From NCBI GenBank assembly GCA_028023455.1, contig JAQFVV010000003.1, forward strand, positions 21,328,001 through 21,392,000: DNA of 64,000 nt, in the 5' to 3' direction. This stretch comes from Epiperipatus broadwayi. Its lineage: Eukaryota; Animalia; Onychophora. Positions within the stretch are counted from its first letter, which is position 1; every line of letters begins with the position of its first letter. Below the pieces are notes generated by a model, which saw nothing but the letters and a program-made list of their open reading frames with translations, did no database searches and was not told where the DNA came from. This document shows positions 50,716-64,000 of this stretch, in pieces. Both the position numbers and the translations under genes were made by a program.

Positions 50716-50892
50716 AAATGAGATGACCATTATATATATGTGAAGTTAAATCCATGACCTCCTTTTGGTTAGTGGTAGCTTGAACAGGTTTGCTATTGTT
50801 TTCATTCAGCCTGCAAATCACCTGATTGGTTGCTGCATAATAATACACTTTGCTATGGATTTAACTTTGTATTTATAATGGTCATCCCATTT
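50716..50892. repeat. Inverted repeat, about 40-bp arms
   Basis: aaatgagatgaccattata...gttaaatccat / atggatttaac...ataatggtcatcccattt. Confidence 0.75.
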
Positions 50893-51349
50893 ACTAATTA
50901 ATTTATATCTATATTAACTATTAAAAATATTAAATTTAAATATAAAAATATAGTAATAATTCTTTTACTATTAATAAATTTAATTAAATTTTAAATTTAT
51001 AAACTATTATAGAAGGTAAAAAGCAATTATAATACCTATTGTATAAATAGTTTGGCATGGAAAAATCAGATTGTATAATAGATAGCAGGATGTCAGATTC
51101 CCAGAACTCTACATTAAGCAAAAAAATGTACATGTTTTATATTAAATTTCAGTAGAGAAAAGTTTTTGCCTTTATATTATTATCATTATTTTTTTTTAGA
51201 GAAACTTTTTTAAAATTCTTTTAGATTTAAATGGGTCCTTTTACAATTTTTACATCTCTGTTAAATCTGAATAATCTTTTAATCATAGATAGGTACATCA
51301 AAACATCACTTTTAACTAATAATTTATATTAGACGTTCATTAGACTATA

Positions 51350-51590
51350 GATTAGCCACTTAATGATGAATAATATTTCTGTAGTATAATTTTCACTACA
51401 CCACTGAGCCAACTGATGAATTCAGGTTCAGCATGAAATATGCATCTTGGGTTTATACATCTTTTTTATATATCATTGGTCATATGTTTATAATTATATT
51501 TTTCCACAAGGGTGTTACAAGTTAATAGAAACCAGTCCCTATCTTTGTGAGAGTGATGTAATGAAAATTACTCTACAGAAATATCATTTT
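51350..51590 (+). ncRNA. Family-1-related HHR inside a fold-back
   Basis: ccaa-CTGATGA(51413-51419)-[stem II damaged]-GAAA-tatgca-tc-ttgg. Inverted arms at about 51372-51402 / 51552-51588. Confidence 0.65.
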
Positions 51591-52614
51591 TAACTGTGTG
51601 AAAAAAAAGCAAATAAAAATTATTTCTATACACTATATTGAAAATTTTATGAATAATATATATATATGTCAGTGTGACACCACAATATATATATATATAT
51701 AACGAATAAATAAATAAAAGTAAATTTTAAATTTTAACATTAAACAATATATAAATTATAAAAGTACTTATCAATTACTGACATGTAATCATTATTAATT
51801 GTTTTCATACAAATACTGGATTTCCATAATTCACTATTTCTCTCATTTAATAGATAAGTAAATTATCTCCTTTATTAATAAAAAAAAGTTTAAATCCTCT
51901 TATCCATCTTTTCCCTCTAACTACTTTACTTAAATAACACATTTTAGGAAAAATATCTTTCAACAGACTCTTGTATAGTGATAAAAAGGAAGCATTTATC
52001 AGGCTTTTCAAGTGCATGGTGGCATGATAATGTATGAGCTATTGTCTGTCCATATCCTACCCTATAATAAATCCTTATCAATTTACTGAACAATCTTAGA
52101 GGATTACCTTAGTTGATTAAGGGCTGGCTACCTGTGAAAAAAATCCCTAGCGTGTTAAAAGAAATGAGTTTACTCAGTTTGAATTCAAACCCAGATCGTT
52201 GAATGTGGTAAATGGGTGTGCTTTCATTGCATTAGGAGGCTCTTATAATACATAATATTTGATGAAAAGTAGGAAATTGTTTAATAATCCCATTTTCCCT
52301 AATTAAAATAAAATTAAACTGAAATATTGCGGCAAAAGTAAATTTATTCAGTTTTTTAGCTCAATTTTATGTATATATATGCCAATACATTATCGATGAC
52401 AACTATATGTGGAGATATATACATATCTACATGTGTTTAAAAGTTGTAAAATATTGTATGTGTTATATGTAAAGCAATGTGACAAAAAAATTAAATGCAT
52501 GAAATATAATATTACTTTTGGTGCTAAAACAAATCTAAAACCTGAATGAGAGTTATGTTCAGCCAATCATATGTAATTGTTTACGAGTATTTATCTTTGA
52601 CATATGTATAAAAC

Positions 52615-53570
52615 AATTGCAAAGAAATCAAGTCAGATATCATATGACTTAATTTAATAAGCTTCTATTGCAAATGTTATATAATGAGCATGCCAATAGC
52701 TCTTTAAAAACTTTTCAGAATATTCCTATCCCTAGACCGTTTTCATGCTTTTGGCTTTTTTCGGTGAGGTGCAAGGATATTCAAGCATTAGATTTAAAAT
52801 ACCAAACAAGTCCAGCATTTTATTTAATGTTTAATTATTAAGTAGAAAATCTGAAATTTTCAGACATCCATATGTCTTCCAATCTAACTATCTAACATAA
52901 ATAGCCATATAGGACTGAATTAAATTCAGATACACCATATATTAATAGGTTAGCACTATAAAATCACCAAAGCCTTAAAAGCAAAAAAAATAATTGCAAG
53001 GAAATCAAGTCATATATTATGTGACTTAATTTAATAAGTCTGTATTACAAATGTTATATAATGAGTGGTTCAATAGCTCTTAACAAGCTTTTCAGAATAT
53101 TCCTATCCCCAGAACAGTTTCATGCTTTTGGCATTCCTCAGTGATGCACTAGGATATTCAAGCATTAGATTTAAAATACCAGGCCAAGCCAAAAGACATA
53201 AAACCAGTCTGGGAATAGGGATATTCTGAAAAACTTGTTAATAGCTATTAGCACACTCATTATATAGTGTATAAAATAATATACTTCTGTGAGGAGGTGA
53301 TACAAACATATACATATTAGTAATGTTATATATAAAGCTCACAAATAAGCTCTTAACAAGATTTGCAAAATATTCCTAACCCCAGACCAGTTTCTGCTAC
53401 TGGTTTCCTCAAGCATTAGATTAAAAATACTAGGACAAGTCCAGCACTTTATCTAATGGATAACTATGATGTATAAAATCTGAAATTTTCAGACATTCTC
53501 AATCCAGCTATCTAACTTAAATAGCCATATGGAACTAAACCAAGTTCAGATGCATCATATATTAATATAT
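52615..53570 (-). ncRNA. Family 4: 377-bp tandem units plus fold-back, one HHR per unit
   Basis: Units start at 52615 and 52992; inversion at about 53186-53272; third copy about 53325-53565. Best HHR minus 53107-53146: catca-CUGAGGA-augc caaaa gcau-GAAA-cugu-uc/ugggg. Confidence 0.75.
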
Positions 53571-55550
53571 TTACGTATTAGTAAATATGAACAAAAAGCG
53601 TTCAGTTCTTTTTTCAAATGTTATTTGTGGTGAATTACATTCAGTCAAAAAAAAAGTTAAAAGATTAGTTTATATGTTGAATGATGGACAAACCTTCTGC
53701 CCTTCGAAATACAAGTCCAAATATGAAACAATTTTTTGTTAATCGATTTTATTAATTGTATAAGTGTGAGTATGCGTTTGTTGTAAACATATGAATGCAT
53801 TGTTTAATGATATGATTTTAAAAATGCGGCATTTTATGATATCAAAAACTTTCTTGACACTATAATCAAGTAATAAGCAATTGGACGGTCAAAAGTTGTA
53901 GCCAACCTTTATGATACCTTCCCACAAAAATTATATAAATGTATGTGTGCTAGTCTTATTTTATTTAAGATTTAATAATTATTCAATTCTTTCTTCTCTC
54001 ATTATTTAATAATAACAAAATTGTAGAATTACTTCTGTTATTTATCTAAAAATATGCATTTACTTCAAACTTTGATGCCGTTTCACTTCTAGTACTAAAT
54101 TTCAATTATTTATATAGATGGCAGCACTGTCTACTCGTATTTACTTTTAATTGAAATAATTGTTGAGCTCAATCAAATATTTATTGATTATTTAAACTGC
54201 CTGCATTACTGAGATTTTAAATGCTTTTATAAAAGTCTAAATAATATATTATTATAGAAAATTTGTTATCATTATTGATTTAGCAAAATATTTAAAGTTT
54301 AATTAGAAATTGCAAGCAGATAAAGCAGCAGTTTAACGTTTTATATTGAATCTTATTTATTATTATATATATTTGTAGCTTTATTTTTTAATCTGTTGGT
54401 AGCTGATTATTATAATTTTATTTGCAAGACAGCCGATGACTTGTTCACGCATTTACTATATTAAATGTTTTAAAAATGAAACAACTAAATTTATTTCAAT
54501 AGATATTTGCATCTCATATGATTAAATTTAATTAAGAAATTAATTTCAATATATACCTGGATCTACAAGCTTGTCAAATAAGGTATTTATGTTTAAAAAA
54601 AAAAAAAATTATTGATATCCATGTACGAGTATTGAAAAGAATAATTGGAACACGTATGATATCTTTAATAATTTGTTTGCACGTTATTATATATCAAGAA
54701 TAGTTTGCACTACCTGTGAAATGGTAACGGTATATTACGAATTAAGCGCGTGCACAAATATAACCCTTCTCTCACCAATGATTACATCGTATTACATTAG
54801 TATTTTGTTACTTCATCTGCATTCTTCAGACCAATTGAGATTCTTTCTAATTCGATGATAATGTTAGCCTACACTTCTAATTAATAGAAGTTAGATACTT
54901 AGTTATTACTAATATTTGATAGATGGCTAGGTTTTCTATGGGTAATTCTAATAATCCTATTTGTGACTTGAATAAAATTCTAAGATGTATCTACTCCAGA
55001 TTCAAACTTAGGTTATATGTATGGAAGTAGATGTATTAATCGATTCTTTTTATTCTGATAGACAAAATTATATAACAATTCGACAATGAGATTATTGTAG
55101 TTTTTTTTTATAATGTCTTAACATCGAAATGAATATTAAAAAGTTTCTCCTAGAGAAAAAATAATTAAATGGTTTATTGCTGATAAATTCATATAAAGTT
55201 TGGGCACTTGAAGTAACAGATTCTGGGGCCACAATATAAGATCTTTGAGCTTCAGAGCATTAGACTATTCAGGAAAAATTATAAATGTTCAATTGTTTAG
55301 AGCTTTTAAGAAGTTAGAACACATGAAGTGTCAGAGTTGGATCCTAAATCTATAGACTGTGGGCTTCAACATTTATTGCTCCACCATTGTGCTAAATCTG
55401 TAATTCCTTATAGAGAAATGCCTTAAGTTTTGTACAAATTTCAGTGAAAATGTATTGACATCTGTCCACCTGTTCAAGAATGGCCTATAAAGATTTAACA
55501 ACTAATTGGGATATCATGGAAAGATATATAATACCACCACCACACTTTTT

Positions 55551-55657
55551 TTTTCCTTCATATGTCATAGTATCTGCCAAGACGTGAACCCACAACCATC
55601 TGCAACCAACTACTTGCTTGCATGGCGGCTGCGATACCTCTCGGCTAACAACGCAAG
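55551..55657 (-). mobile_element. tRNA-derived SINE, long-variable-arm subfamily, 15-bp TSD
   Basis: Same internal sequence as 28341-28427. accaccacacttttt at 55536-55550 and 55658-55672. Confidence 0.85.
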
Positions 55658-57815
55658 ACCACCACACTTTTTAACCCAATATTCTTGAAATATGACAATA
55701 TTGTCTAAAATTAACATTTGCAAGAAAGAATTAAACCTAGTTAAAGAGTTGGTATGTAGCTATGTTGAGCAATGATTAGATTAATATATTTATTTTATTA
55801 CTGCAATCCAAATCATGATAACTCTACTAATAGTTACAAGAAAGTAGTCTAGTTATTAAATGTTTAATTAATTATCAAACAAAAGGTTTTTTTTTAAATC
55901 TCTAACAAAAGTTTAACTCGTGATTAATTCATCTATCAATAAAATAATTCTAGTTATTCATTATTCAGTTTTTATGTGTAAATACACCTCCTCTTTACTC
56001 CAGCAATTTATTTCACAAATTAGCAATTTTGAAATATGTCTCAAAGGTTCTCATATGCACAGTAGTTGGTTTTGATAAAAATTAGTTAATCTGACATGTG
56101 TAGTTCTTTAAAATAATTGATTCATAGTTGCTTTCTATAATTCTTTGTCTTTCATCTCTCTTTTAAGCCCCAATTTTTAGTTAGTTCCAGTAGATTCATT
56201 CTCCTATCTTTATTTAAGGCATTCTTTATCCTTAACACTGTCATTGTTAAAATATTAAATAATTTATGTTTTAAAACTGATACTGTATTAAATCAAGTGT
56301 CAACAATTCAATCCTCTTTAAGTTCAAATAGGTCTGACATTTTTCAATGGCTTATCAAATAGATGTCATCATTAAATATGCACCTAACCATCAACTGCTC
56401 ATTTTAAAAAAACTATATATATATATTATAACGTTTTTCGTTTTGCTAGGCCTCTACACGCTAATATAAACTGTGCGCGAGTTGATCAAGTTATGTCAAA
56501 AAAGAAGAAAGTTGTATTTCTATTCTAAAAACATAGCTATATTTCCTGATCAACTCGGCCTATTAATTGTTGAGAATTATGCTATCGATGAAATCAGCTT
56601 TTAATTTATTTAATATGGGCGCCAGGACCTTTTATTTTAAAGAGTCCGCTGAAATCGTCAAATAACGTCTCACAAATTTAAAAAAAAAATGTTTTTAAAC
56701 TAATCGGTATTGGATTTTTAAGAATCGGTAATTCTACCATAAACTAGAATTATCTTTTAAATGTTATTTTTCCTGGAACTTACAACATATTGGCAAAGGT
56801 AAATTACATTTTTAAATCTTATTAAACTAATAATAAATTTAATAACAAAAAATAATAACTCTTACTAATAACGCACAAATGAAAATTGATATTAGAAATA
56901 TTTTTATTATAACAGATTAAAAATCTGTTTAAGTTAAAATGAGAATTCTTAATCAAGTAAATTAGAGAGAGAGAACACATATTAATTCAAACATGGTGCA
57001 ATTAATAAAATAAAATAATTAATTAAAAAGTTCTGGTATAAATAAAAGTCTCTTGTACAGAAAAAATGAAAGTCTCTATCGGGATTATTTTAAGACTTGT
57101 TTGCAAACGCTTAATTTTGTCACAATCAGAAATAAGTAGTCTTAACTTACCGGTAAGTTTTAGTGAATTCACGATGTTTGTAGATAACTATGCATAGTTT
57201 TTTGGGGTTAAAACTAGCTCACAGCCATTGATTATAAATTGATCTTGGTGCTGGTTCCATAGGCTAGTCACATAAGCTTCTCTGGTGTCCATTGGTAATG
57301 ATGTCAGCTAAAGCTCTGGTCTACTCTCATTATGAAGAACTTTTTCATTGTAGAGTGGTCTGGATTCTTTAATCCAAAACCAACCAAAAGAATATCAGGC
57401 AAACCAAGACATTCCTCCAACCGAACCCCTCCTTTTTATACTAGAGGTCCAGTTTTCAGACGTCTGTGCATGCTATTATCATGGTGTTTTTTTGGTTCAT
57501 AAACTTGTAGATTCTTTATAAAATTTATGTTATAAAGTTCTCTTTTTTTTTTATCAAGTTTTTCGGCCATCTTTAATTAGCCAAAATATTTTTCTTTTAG
57601 CTTATCTTTTTTTTACTTTTGGAATTCTTTTGTTCTCTCCAATTCTACCTTTATTTCTAATTACATTAAAAAAATACGAAAGAATAATTTAACTTTCATT
57701 GCATGTTTTTTTTTTTTTTTTTTAAAATTATAGTCAAAAAAAATATCTAAATTTACTTTTATTTCTTAGCTTTTACCAAATGCCAATATATTTGCACCAT
57801 ATATAAATAAATGAT

Positions 57816-57818
<3 letters not shown>

Positions 57819-57884
<66 letters not shown>
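57819..57884. repeat. (TA)n microsatellite
   Basis: Direct reading. Confidence 0.95.
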
Positions 57885-57888
<4 letters not shown>

Positions 57889-59099
57889 TTTGTATTATCT
57901 GTATTATAAACACACATTCAAATCTAGGTCAGCTTTAAAAAAATTTCCAGTTTGATTCAGCTCAGATGTGAATGTTCCAATCAGACTTTTTTTTCTACCA
58001 GATATTTCACAGCTATGGCAACAAATCACCCAATATTGGTCTATAAAAAAATATCTAGATAATCTTAGGTGATAATATACAAACTGAAAGACATCAAACC
58101 TTCATCATATGGCAATTATAAGTGAAATGTAAAATGTTAGTGAAGTCTTTTTTTCTGCAATGGGCTATTTAAAGGCTGGTTTATCTTTAACCTACTGCAT
58201 GATTTAAAAATTCAGAGTTAATATGGTAGGTGTTCTATTTATTTTACTCAAAATATATATTTGTAGGATGAAAAAAATGCATTTACTTTTTGGATACTTG
58301 CAACTCATGTATAAAATGAAACAAGATTAAAATCTTTATAAACATATATTATTTGTCAGTTGGTCAAGTATATATTTTAAATTGGTATTATTGTTGTTAA
58401 CTATAGTACTAGTATAATTAAGTCTGATCTCTGGAATAGCTACAAAATGATAATTAATTTAGTATCATCAATTTTTAGATATTCTAAAAAACAATAGGAA
58501 ATTATAAATGTAGACATTCTGAATACTTGTAACATCAGATAAATAGAAAATAAATACTACTTATAATTTTATGGATTGTAAGCATTCAAACAGTGTATAC
58601 ATATTTTGGAATTTAATATATGTACATATATTAACATAAAAATTATCATCAATTATCTATCAAAAGGCTGTCAGGTATCACCCATTAAATCAGTATTAAT
58701 TGCTCAAATGATAACATATGATCATTCTAAATCCTCCACATTTTCTATGGATAAAAAGTAAGAATAAGATCAAGCTTCCTATAATCATGACAACTTATTT
58801 TATCATCAAAAAATGAAATATGTTCTGGTAGACGTTTTAATTTATTGAAGATATATATATATATGTTATATTCTCTATCTAAATGAAGAAGGAATATCTA
58901 TCTTTTCAACGAAATATTATTATCAAAATATAATAATCACTCATTATTAGCGATAGTTTTTAAATGATTATCTATCTGCCGTAACAAAATTTATTATAAT
59001 ATCTTAATATTTTAAGCTACATCATACACTTGAATAAGTCTTTCCATAACTAAAATGCAATACATTTGCACTCACAAACACACATTTATATATATATAT

Positions 59100-60410
59100 A
59101 TTAATGGGGATTTGAACACAGACTTTCAAGCTTTTTTCAGCTATCGACTCCATCTTATATAACCGACACCCATGACAACACCCCAAGTGAAAAAGATAAA
59201 TGATCTCCAATATATGTATTTTATGCTGAATCAGCACTTATTCGTTGGTCCAGATCATCATCTCCCACACATATATAAAATTAGTGCTCAGTTTATATTA
59301 AAATAGCAAATCTTCAAACATTAATAAACAGACTACAATCTTCTCTACCCTCCAACTCTTCAACCATCCATACCATTGAAAATCTGATTATGGAATGTTC
59401 AAACTGTTATTGATGCCAATATTGTTGTCATATCCATGTTGACCTTAAGTCACTCTGACCCCTCATATATATGACCTTAATATATTCAGTTAAATACACA
59501 GAGATATGGGCTGAATTAAGGCTAAATCTATAATAAATCAATACTAGTATATTGTAAATACTGAACTTTAAGTTGTAATTAAAGAGATTTGAACACTGAC
59601 TTTCAAGCTTCCTTTAGCTATTCATTCCATTTTATATAACAAATAAACATGAACCACACACATGTGAAAAAGACAAATGATCTCCAATATATGTATTTCA
59701 TGATGAACCAGCACTCATCTGTTGATCCAGATCATCTCCCACACATGTATATAATCAGTGCTCACTTTATATTAAAATAGCAAATCTTCAAACTTTGGAG
59801 TGTGAAAGTGGTTGAAGACTCTTCAACCATTTATGTTTATTGTTCCATGTGTATTGGTTATTTCAGATGAAGTGGATAACTGAAGGAATCATGAAAGTCT
59901 TGGCTCAAATCTCCTTTAATTACATCTTAATGTTTGGTATTTACAGTATAGTAGTACTGATTTTTTATAGTTTTCAGCCTTAATTCTACCATCCCTCTGT
60001 GTATTTAAATGGACATATTAAGATCATATATATAAGGAGTAAGAATGACTTAAGGTCAACATGGATAAGATGACAATATTGGCATCAACAAAAAAATGTT
60101 TGAGTATTCCGTCATCAGATTTTCAGCAGTATATATGGCTGAAGAGTTGGAGGGTGGAGATGATTGAAGTCTATCCATTAAAGTTTGAAGATTTGCTATC
60201 TTACTATAAACTGAGCACTGCATAATCTGGACCAACTGTTGAGTGCTGATTCAGCATGAAATACATATATTGAAGATCATTTATCTTATATCCATTATAT
60301 AAGATGAAGTGGATAGCTGAAAGAAGATTGAAATTCTGTGTTCAAATCCTCTTTAATTACATCTTAAAGTTCAGTATTTACAATATAGTAGTATTGATTT
60401 ATTATATATA
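59100..60410. ncRNA. Family-1 retrozyme-like array: head-to-tail units (477 and 437 bp) in two opposed arms
   Basis: Minus units start at 59109 and 59586; plus units marked at 59905 and 60342. HHR motifs at about 59200-59258 (-), 59678-59733 (-), 60223-60280 (+). Confidence 0.85.
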
Positions 60411-61709
60411 ATAGGTCATTCATTAAAAATATACTATATGTAAATTTTAAATTATAATTCAAATTTATAAATGTTAGTTTGTCTATTTATTAAACTGATT
60501 TTTTTTCTTTTTTTATAATCTAACACTAAGTGCATTTTTGGTGATGTTTACCAGAAACATCTCTCTATGATTATGGTGAACTTCACTGAAAGTGTACTTA
60601 GTATTAGGTTATAAAGAAGAAGGAAATCACTTCATTTCACAAATAAACAAACATTTGCAAATTTGAAAACACAAATTCAAACAAAGGGAAAAATCAATAT
60701 TTTAAATTAGAATAATAGCAAATGATAACAATAACATATGAATTAAACAGAAATACTTTCCATTATGTTGTAATGGAAAGTACTTCTGCTTAATTTATGT
60801 ATTATAATTGTCATTGTTTACTGCTATTATAATTTAAAATTTACATATACAGAGAGACATTTTTCATCAAATTCATGCATAGTTTGTGTGTGTGAGAGAG
60901 AGATAGCGAATGCTTTAAGTTTCTGCTCTGGTGGAAGATTGCAATATGGTGGAATTGAGCTGAAGGATAACACTGATAAAAGTCAAAAATACTTAAATAT
61001 ATACACATCTATAAGGGGGAAAAAATCTCTAAATTCACTTGTCTCAAAATCAGATTGTTTTCCACATCCACAGTTTCTGATTCAATTTCATATAGAAAAA
61101 TATAATTTTTTTTTCAGCTCAAAATTTTGAAGGAAACTTAAGAATTTGTTCATCTAGCTAGTGCTAGCTATTCAATAACTGGTTGATAAACGTGAATCTG
61201 CAAGTCATTGCCAGCTAGATATTTGTCTTGCAATAAAATTTAAAATTTCTTTGTTTATTATAGACTAAAAACTTGGAGAAGATAATTGAGCAGAAAATCA
61301 AAAATAAAATTATTATATATTATTTCTAAAAAATGGTAAAAATTAAAATTATATAAATGTTTATAATACAATTATTTTATTATGTTTGTATATAATAAAT
61401 TAAATATGTAAACAATAAAATATGCTTGTTCATGATTTCATTAGTTAACACAGAGTTTGAAAAAATATTAAATAAAATTAAAATCCATAAATTTGAACCT
61501 ATAAATTTTACCCAAGTATATGAATGCCACTTTGAATCAACTATCATTCATCCATTTCCTCTTCTTTTTTACTTAGTCAGTCATATAGTTGCTCTTTGTC
61601 TCTTTTTTTATTAATTATTTTTATTTTATGTCTTGATGTATATGTTTTTAAATTTTAATTGTATTATCATCATACATTATTTTCAATCATTATTGATTTA
61701 CTAAAAGAT

Positions 61710-62600
61710 AAAGATCTCTAGAAGTTAATCCAATTTCTCTGATCCCTAACCTCTCTTTTCTACATTACACCAGCAAACTACCTTATTTTATCCATCCATC
61801 TTACATGAGATCTTATTTTAGGTTCTTTAAAATCTCTCAGGATTCAGTTTATCTTCAATTGTCTATCAATTATCATCTCTTTTAGCTATGAATTCCGCCC
61901 AGTTTCTTAATTCTTTCAATAATATCAGTCATCCCTGTTTATTGTCTCACCCATATATTTATTTTTGACACTTTCATACTTTAAGTTGAATAAAGTGTCT
62001 ACACTGTTTCTTTGTTAAGTATCCAAGTTCCAGATCCATAAGTAAAAACTGGTAAAATACAATTAAAAACTTTCCTTTTCAAACATATAGACATATATCT
62101 TTTTAATATGAAGTTAGTTTTACCAAAAGCATTCCCTCTAAATAATTCTATGATTGATTTTATCTATTATGTTTCCATCTGTATTAATAATATGTTCAAG
62201 GTAAGAGTAGTTGATAACTTTTTCTAATTCCTGATTATCAATCTTTTATTTTTTCTTCTGAAAAAATTTATTAAACATTACTTTAATATTTTCTGAAACT
62301 CTCTGAAGCATTATCATCTGCAAAATCTAAGTGACTTAATATTTTACTTCTTTAGTTTTCCACTTTAGGTCACAAAATATTTTTTGTAAAATTGCTATAA
62401 AATTTTTTGAAGATTTAGAACCGCACTGTTCTACATTCTTGCTAATGTTAATGTTATTTGTATGCTATTTAATCTAATTGTTATTGTTGCATTTCAACAA
62501 ATATTCTTTGGAATAGAATAATATTCTGGATCTATATCTTGATAATCCAAAGATTAATTATCATGAGAATGCTTATAGAATCAAATGCAAATTTATAAAT
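61710..62600 (-). mobile_element. Decayed RTE-clade LINE fragment
   Basis: Aligns by eye with 26640-27600 (cagatccataagtaaa.actggtaaa; atatcttgat.atccaa; gaatcaaatgc). Confidence 0.75.
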
Positions 62601-64000
62601 CTAAAAACATTTATTATTTAGGGTTACTATTTTCCATGATTTTGAGCCAAATAAAGTGAATGCAGAATAACTATTCTATAAAAATTCAAAGCATTCATTC
62701 TATGTTTTTATTAAAATGTTATTCAATCAAACTTAATGATTCAGGGTTTGAATTTGGGTTGAGTAAATTTGAATTTTTGTCAAATGCTTGAATTTTTATT
62801 TTATATATTCAAGCCTTAGACAACCCAGATAGCCATCCAACATTGGTCAGTAAATGAATATCTAGTTATTTTTAACTATAAAATAAAGCAAAGGTGGAAA
62901 ACCACTCAAATACTTGTCATCCATCAATTGACAAGTTTGGTGAATACTGTCTTTTTTTCACTGCTTTCTCTATGAGGAGTTTTTTGAGAAGTCTTTGCTC
63001 TTTGATGGGCTATTTAAAAACTTCTTATTATCTATTAAAGTTTCAAACATAATTATAATGAAGATTATACTTTACTTTTTAAAAAAAAGTTATTTTGTTG
63101 TGGCCATATGACAGAGTCATGCATGTTAAATGTTTTTGCTTGCACTAGAGTATCTTCATAACATAAGATGTAAGCTTGCATGGTATAGCCATAAAGTATG
63201 GTGAGTAACTGAGTAAAGATTGGAAAATGTAACGTTACAAGTTGTTTGAAATGGATAATTGATTAATGTTACAACATTTAAAAAAAGAGAATGAAAAAAA
63301 AAACAGTTGTATATTAAAGAAATTAAGAAGAATAAATTGGAAATATTTTTACATTAAATAAATTATGTAAGATGAGTTTAAAATAAATATAGAGAATGAA
63401 CAGAAAGAGTGAACAGAAAAAAATAAGAGAAGAAAGAAAAAAATGATAGTTTTAAAAAAGAATACAAAATTAGAATGGAAAATAGGAAAGTTGCAAACGC
63501 TTGTAGAGCAGTAAACTGATCTGTATGGTTTAGTACAATAGTTAATGGTAAGATTTGAACCAAAAATTCCAACCATTATTCTGTGTTGAATATCGTAATA
63601 ATAAAGAAAAAAAAATTCTCAACCCACTCAAAATAAAGCTATCATGGTCAACCTTCCTTTAAAAATGCTCAAATATCATGTGATCTGCGAGCTAATCATA
63701 TGATTATTGTTATTATTAACTTTTGATAAAGATTAAATTAATAAATATCAAGCGTGGGTTGTTGTTTTTTTTTCATATATAAAAATACACGTGAGTGCAT
63801 TTGCTGTTTTTGTTTTATAATTGAAAGTGCTATAAATTGAGAAATTTCAATTATTTAACATTAATTTTGCTTCTTAAATTAAATAGGGCATTTTATACTT
63901 TATTGATGTATTTAATAATTTTTGATTCATATGAAGTTGCCAATTACCGTATTTGAATTTTTTTTATTATTATTAAAGCGTACCTGGTTATGGTGAAAAG

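Noticed and set aside
52000-52230. HDV-like ribozyme or SINE head near agggctggctacctg
   Set aside because: The nested double pseudoknot could not be built; too degenerate.
60888-61130. 80-aa ORF
   Set aside because: Starts in a TG/GA microsatellite; no motif recognised.

Overview
Very AT-rich (about 75% A+T by eye), CpG-depleted eukaryotic DNA, probably from an invertebrate animal. I found no intact host protein-coding gene; the listed ORFs are transposon remnants or spurious. The window is dominated by decayed retroelements: three Penelope-like elements (PLEs), several RTE-clade and other LINE fragments, tRNA-Gly-derived SINEs with target-site duplications (TSDs), and a pogo/Tigger-like non-autonomous DNA element. 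It also holds an importin-7 pseudogene fragment embedded in an RTE 3' end. The main signal is at least five families of short non-coding repeats (units of about 100-480 bp) carrying minimal type I hammerhead ribozyme (HHR) motifs. These occur in head-to-tail and fold-back arrangements, some with long TSDs, resembling PLE-mobilised retrozymes. Two HHRs have non-canonical but compensatory 3:8 core pairs (A3:U8 at 4216-4222; U3:A8 at 19181-19187 and 18341-18347). All ribozyme calls are by-eye structure matches and have not been tested. Element boundaries are approximate unless a TSD is given.
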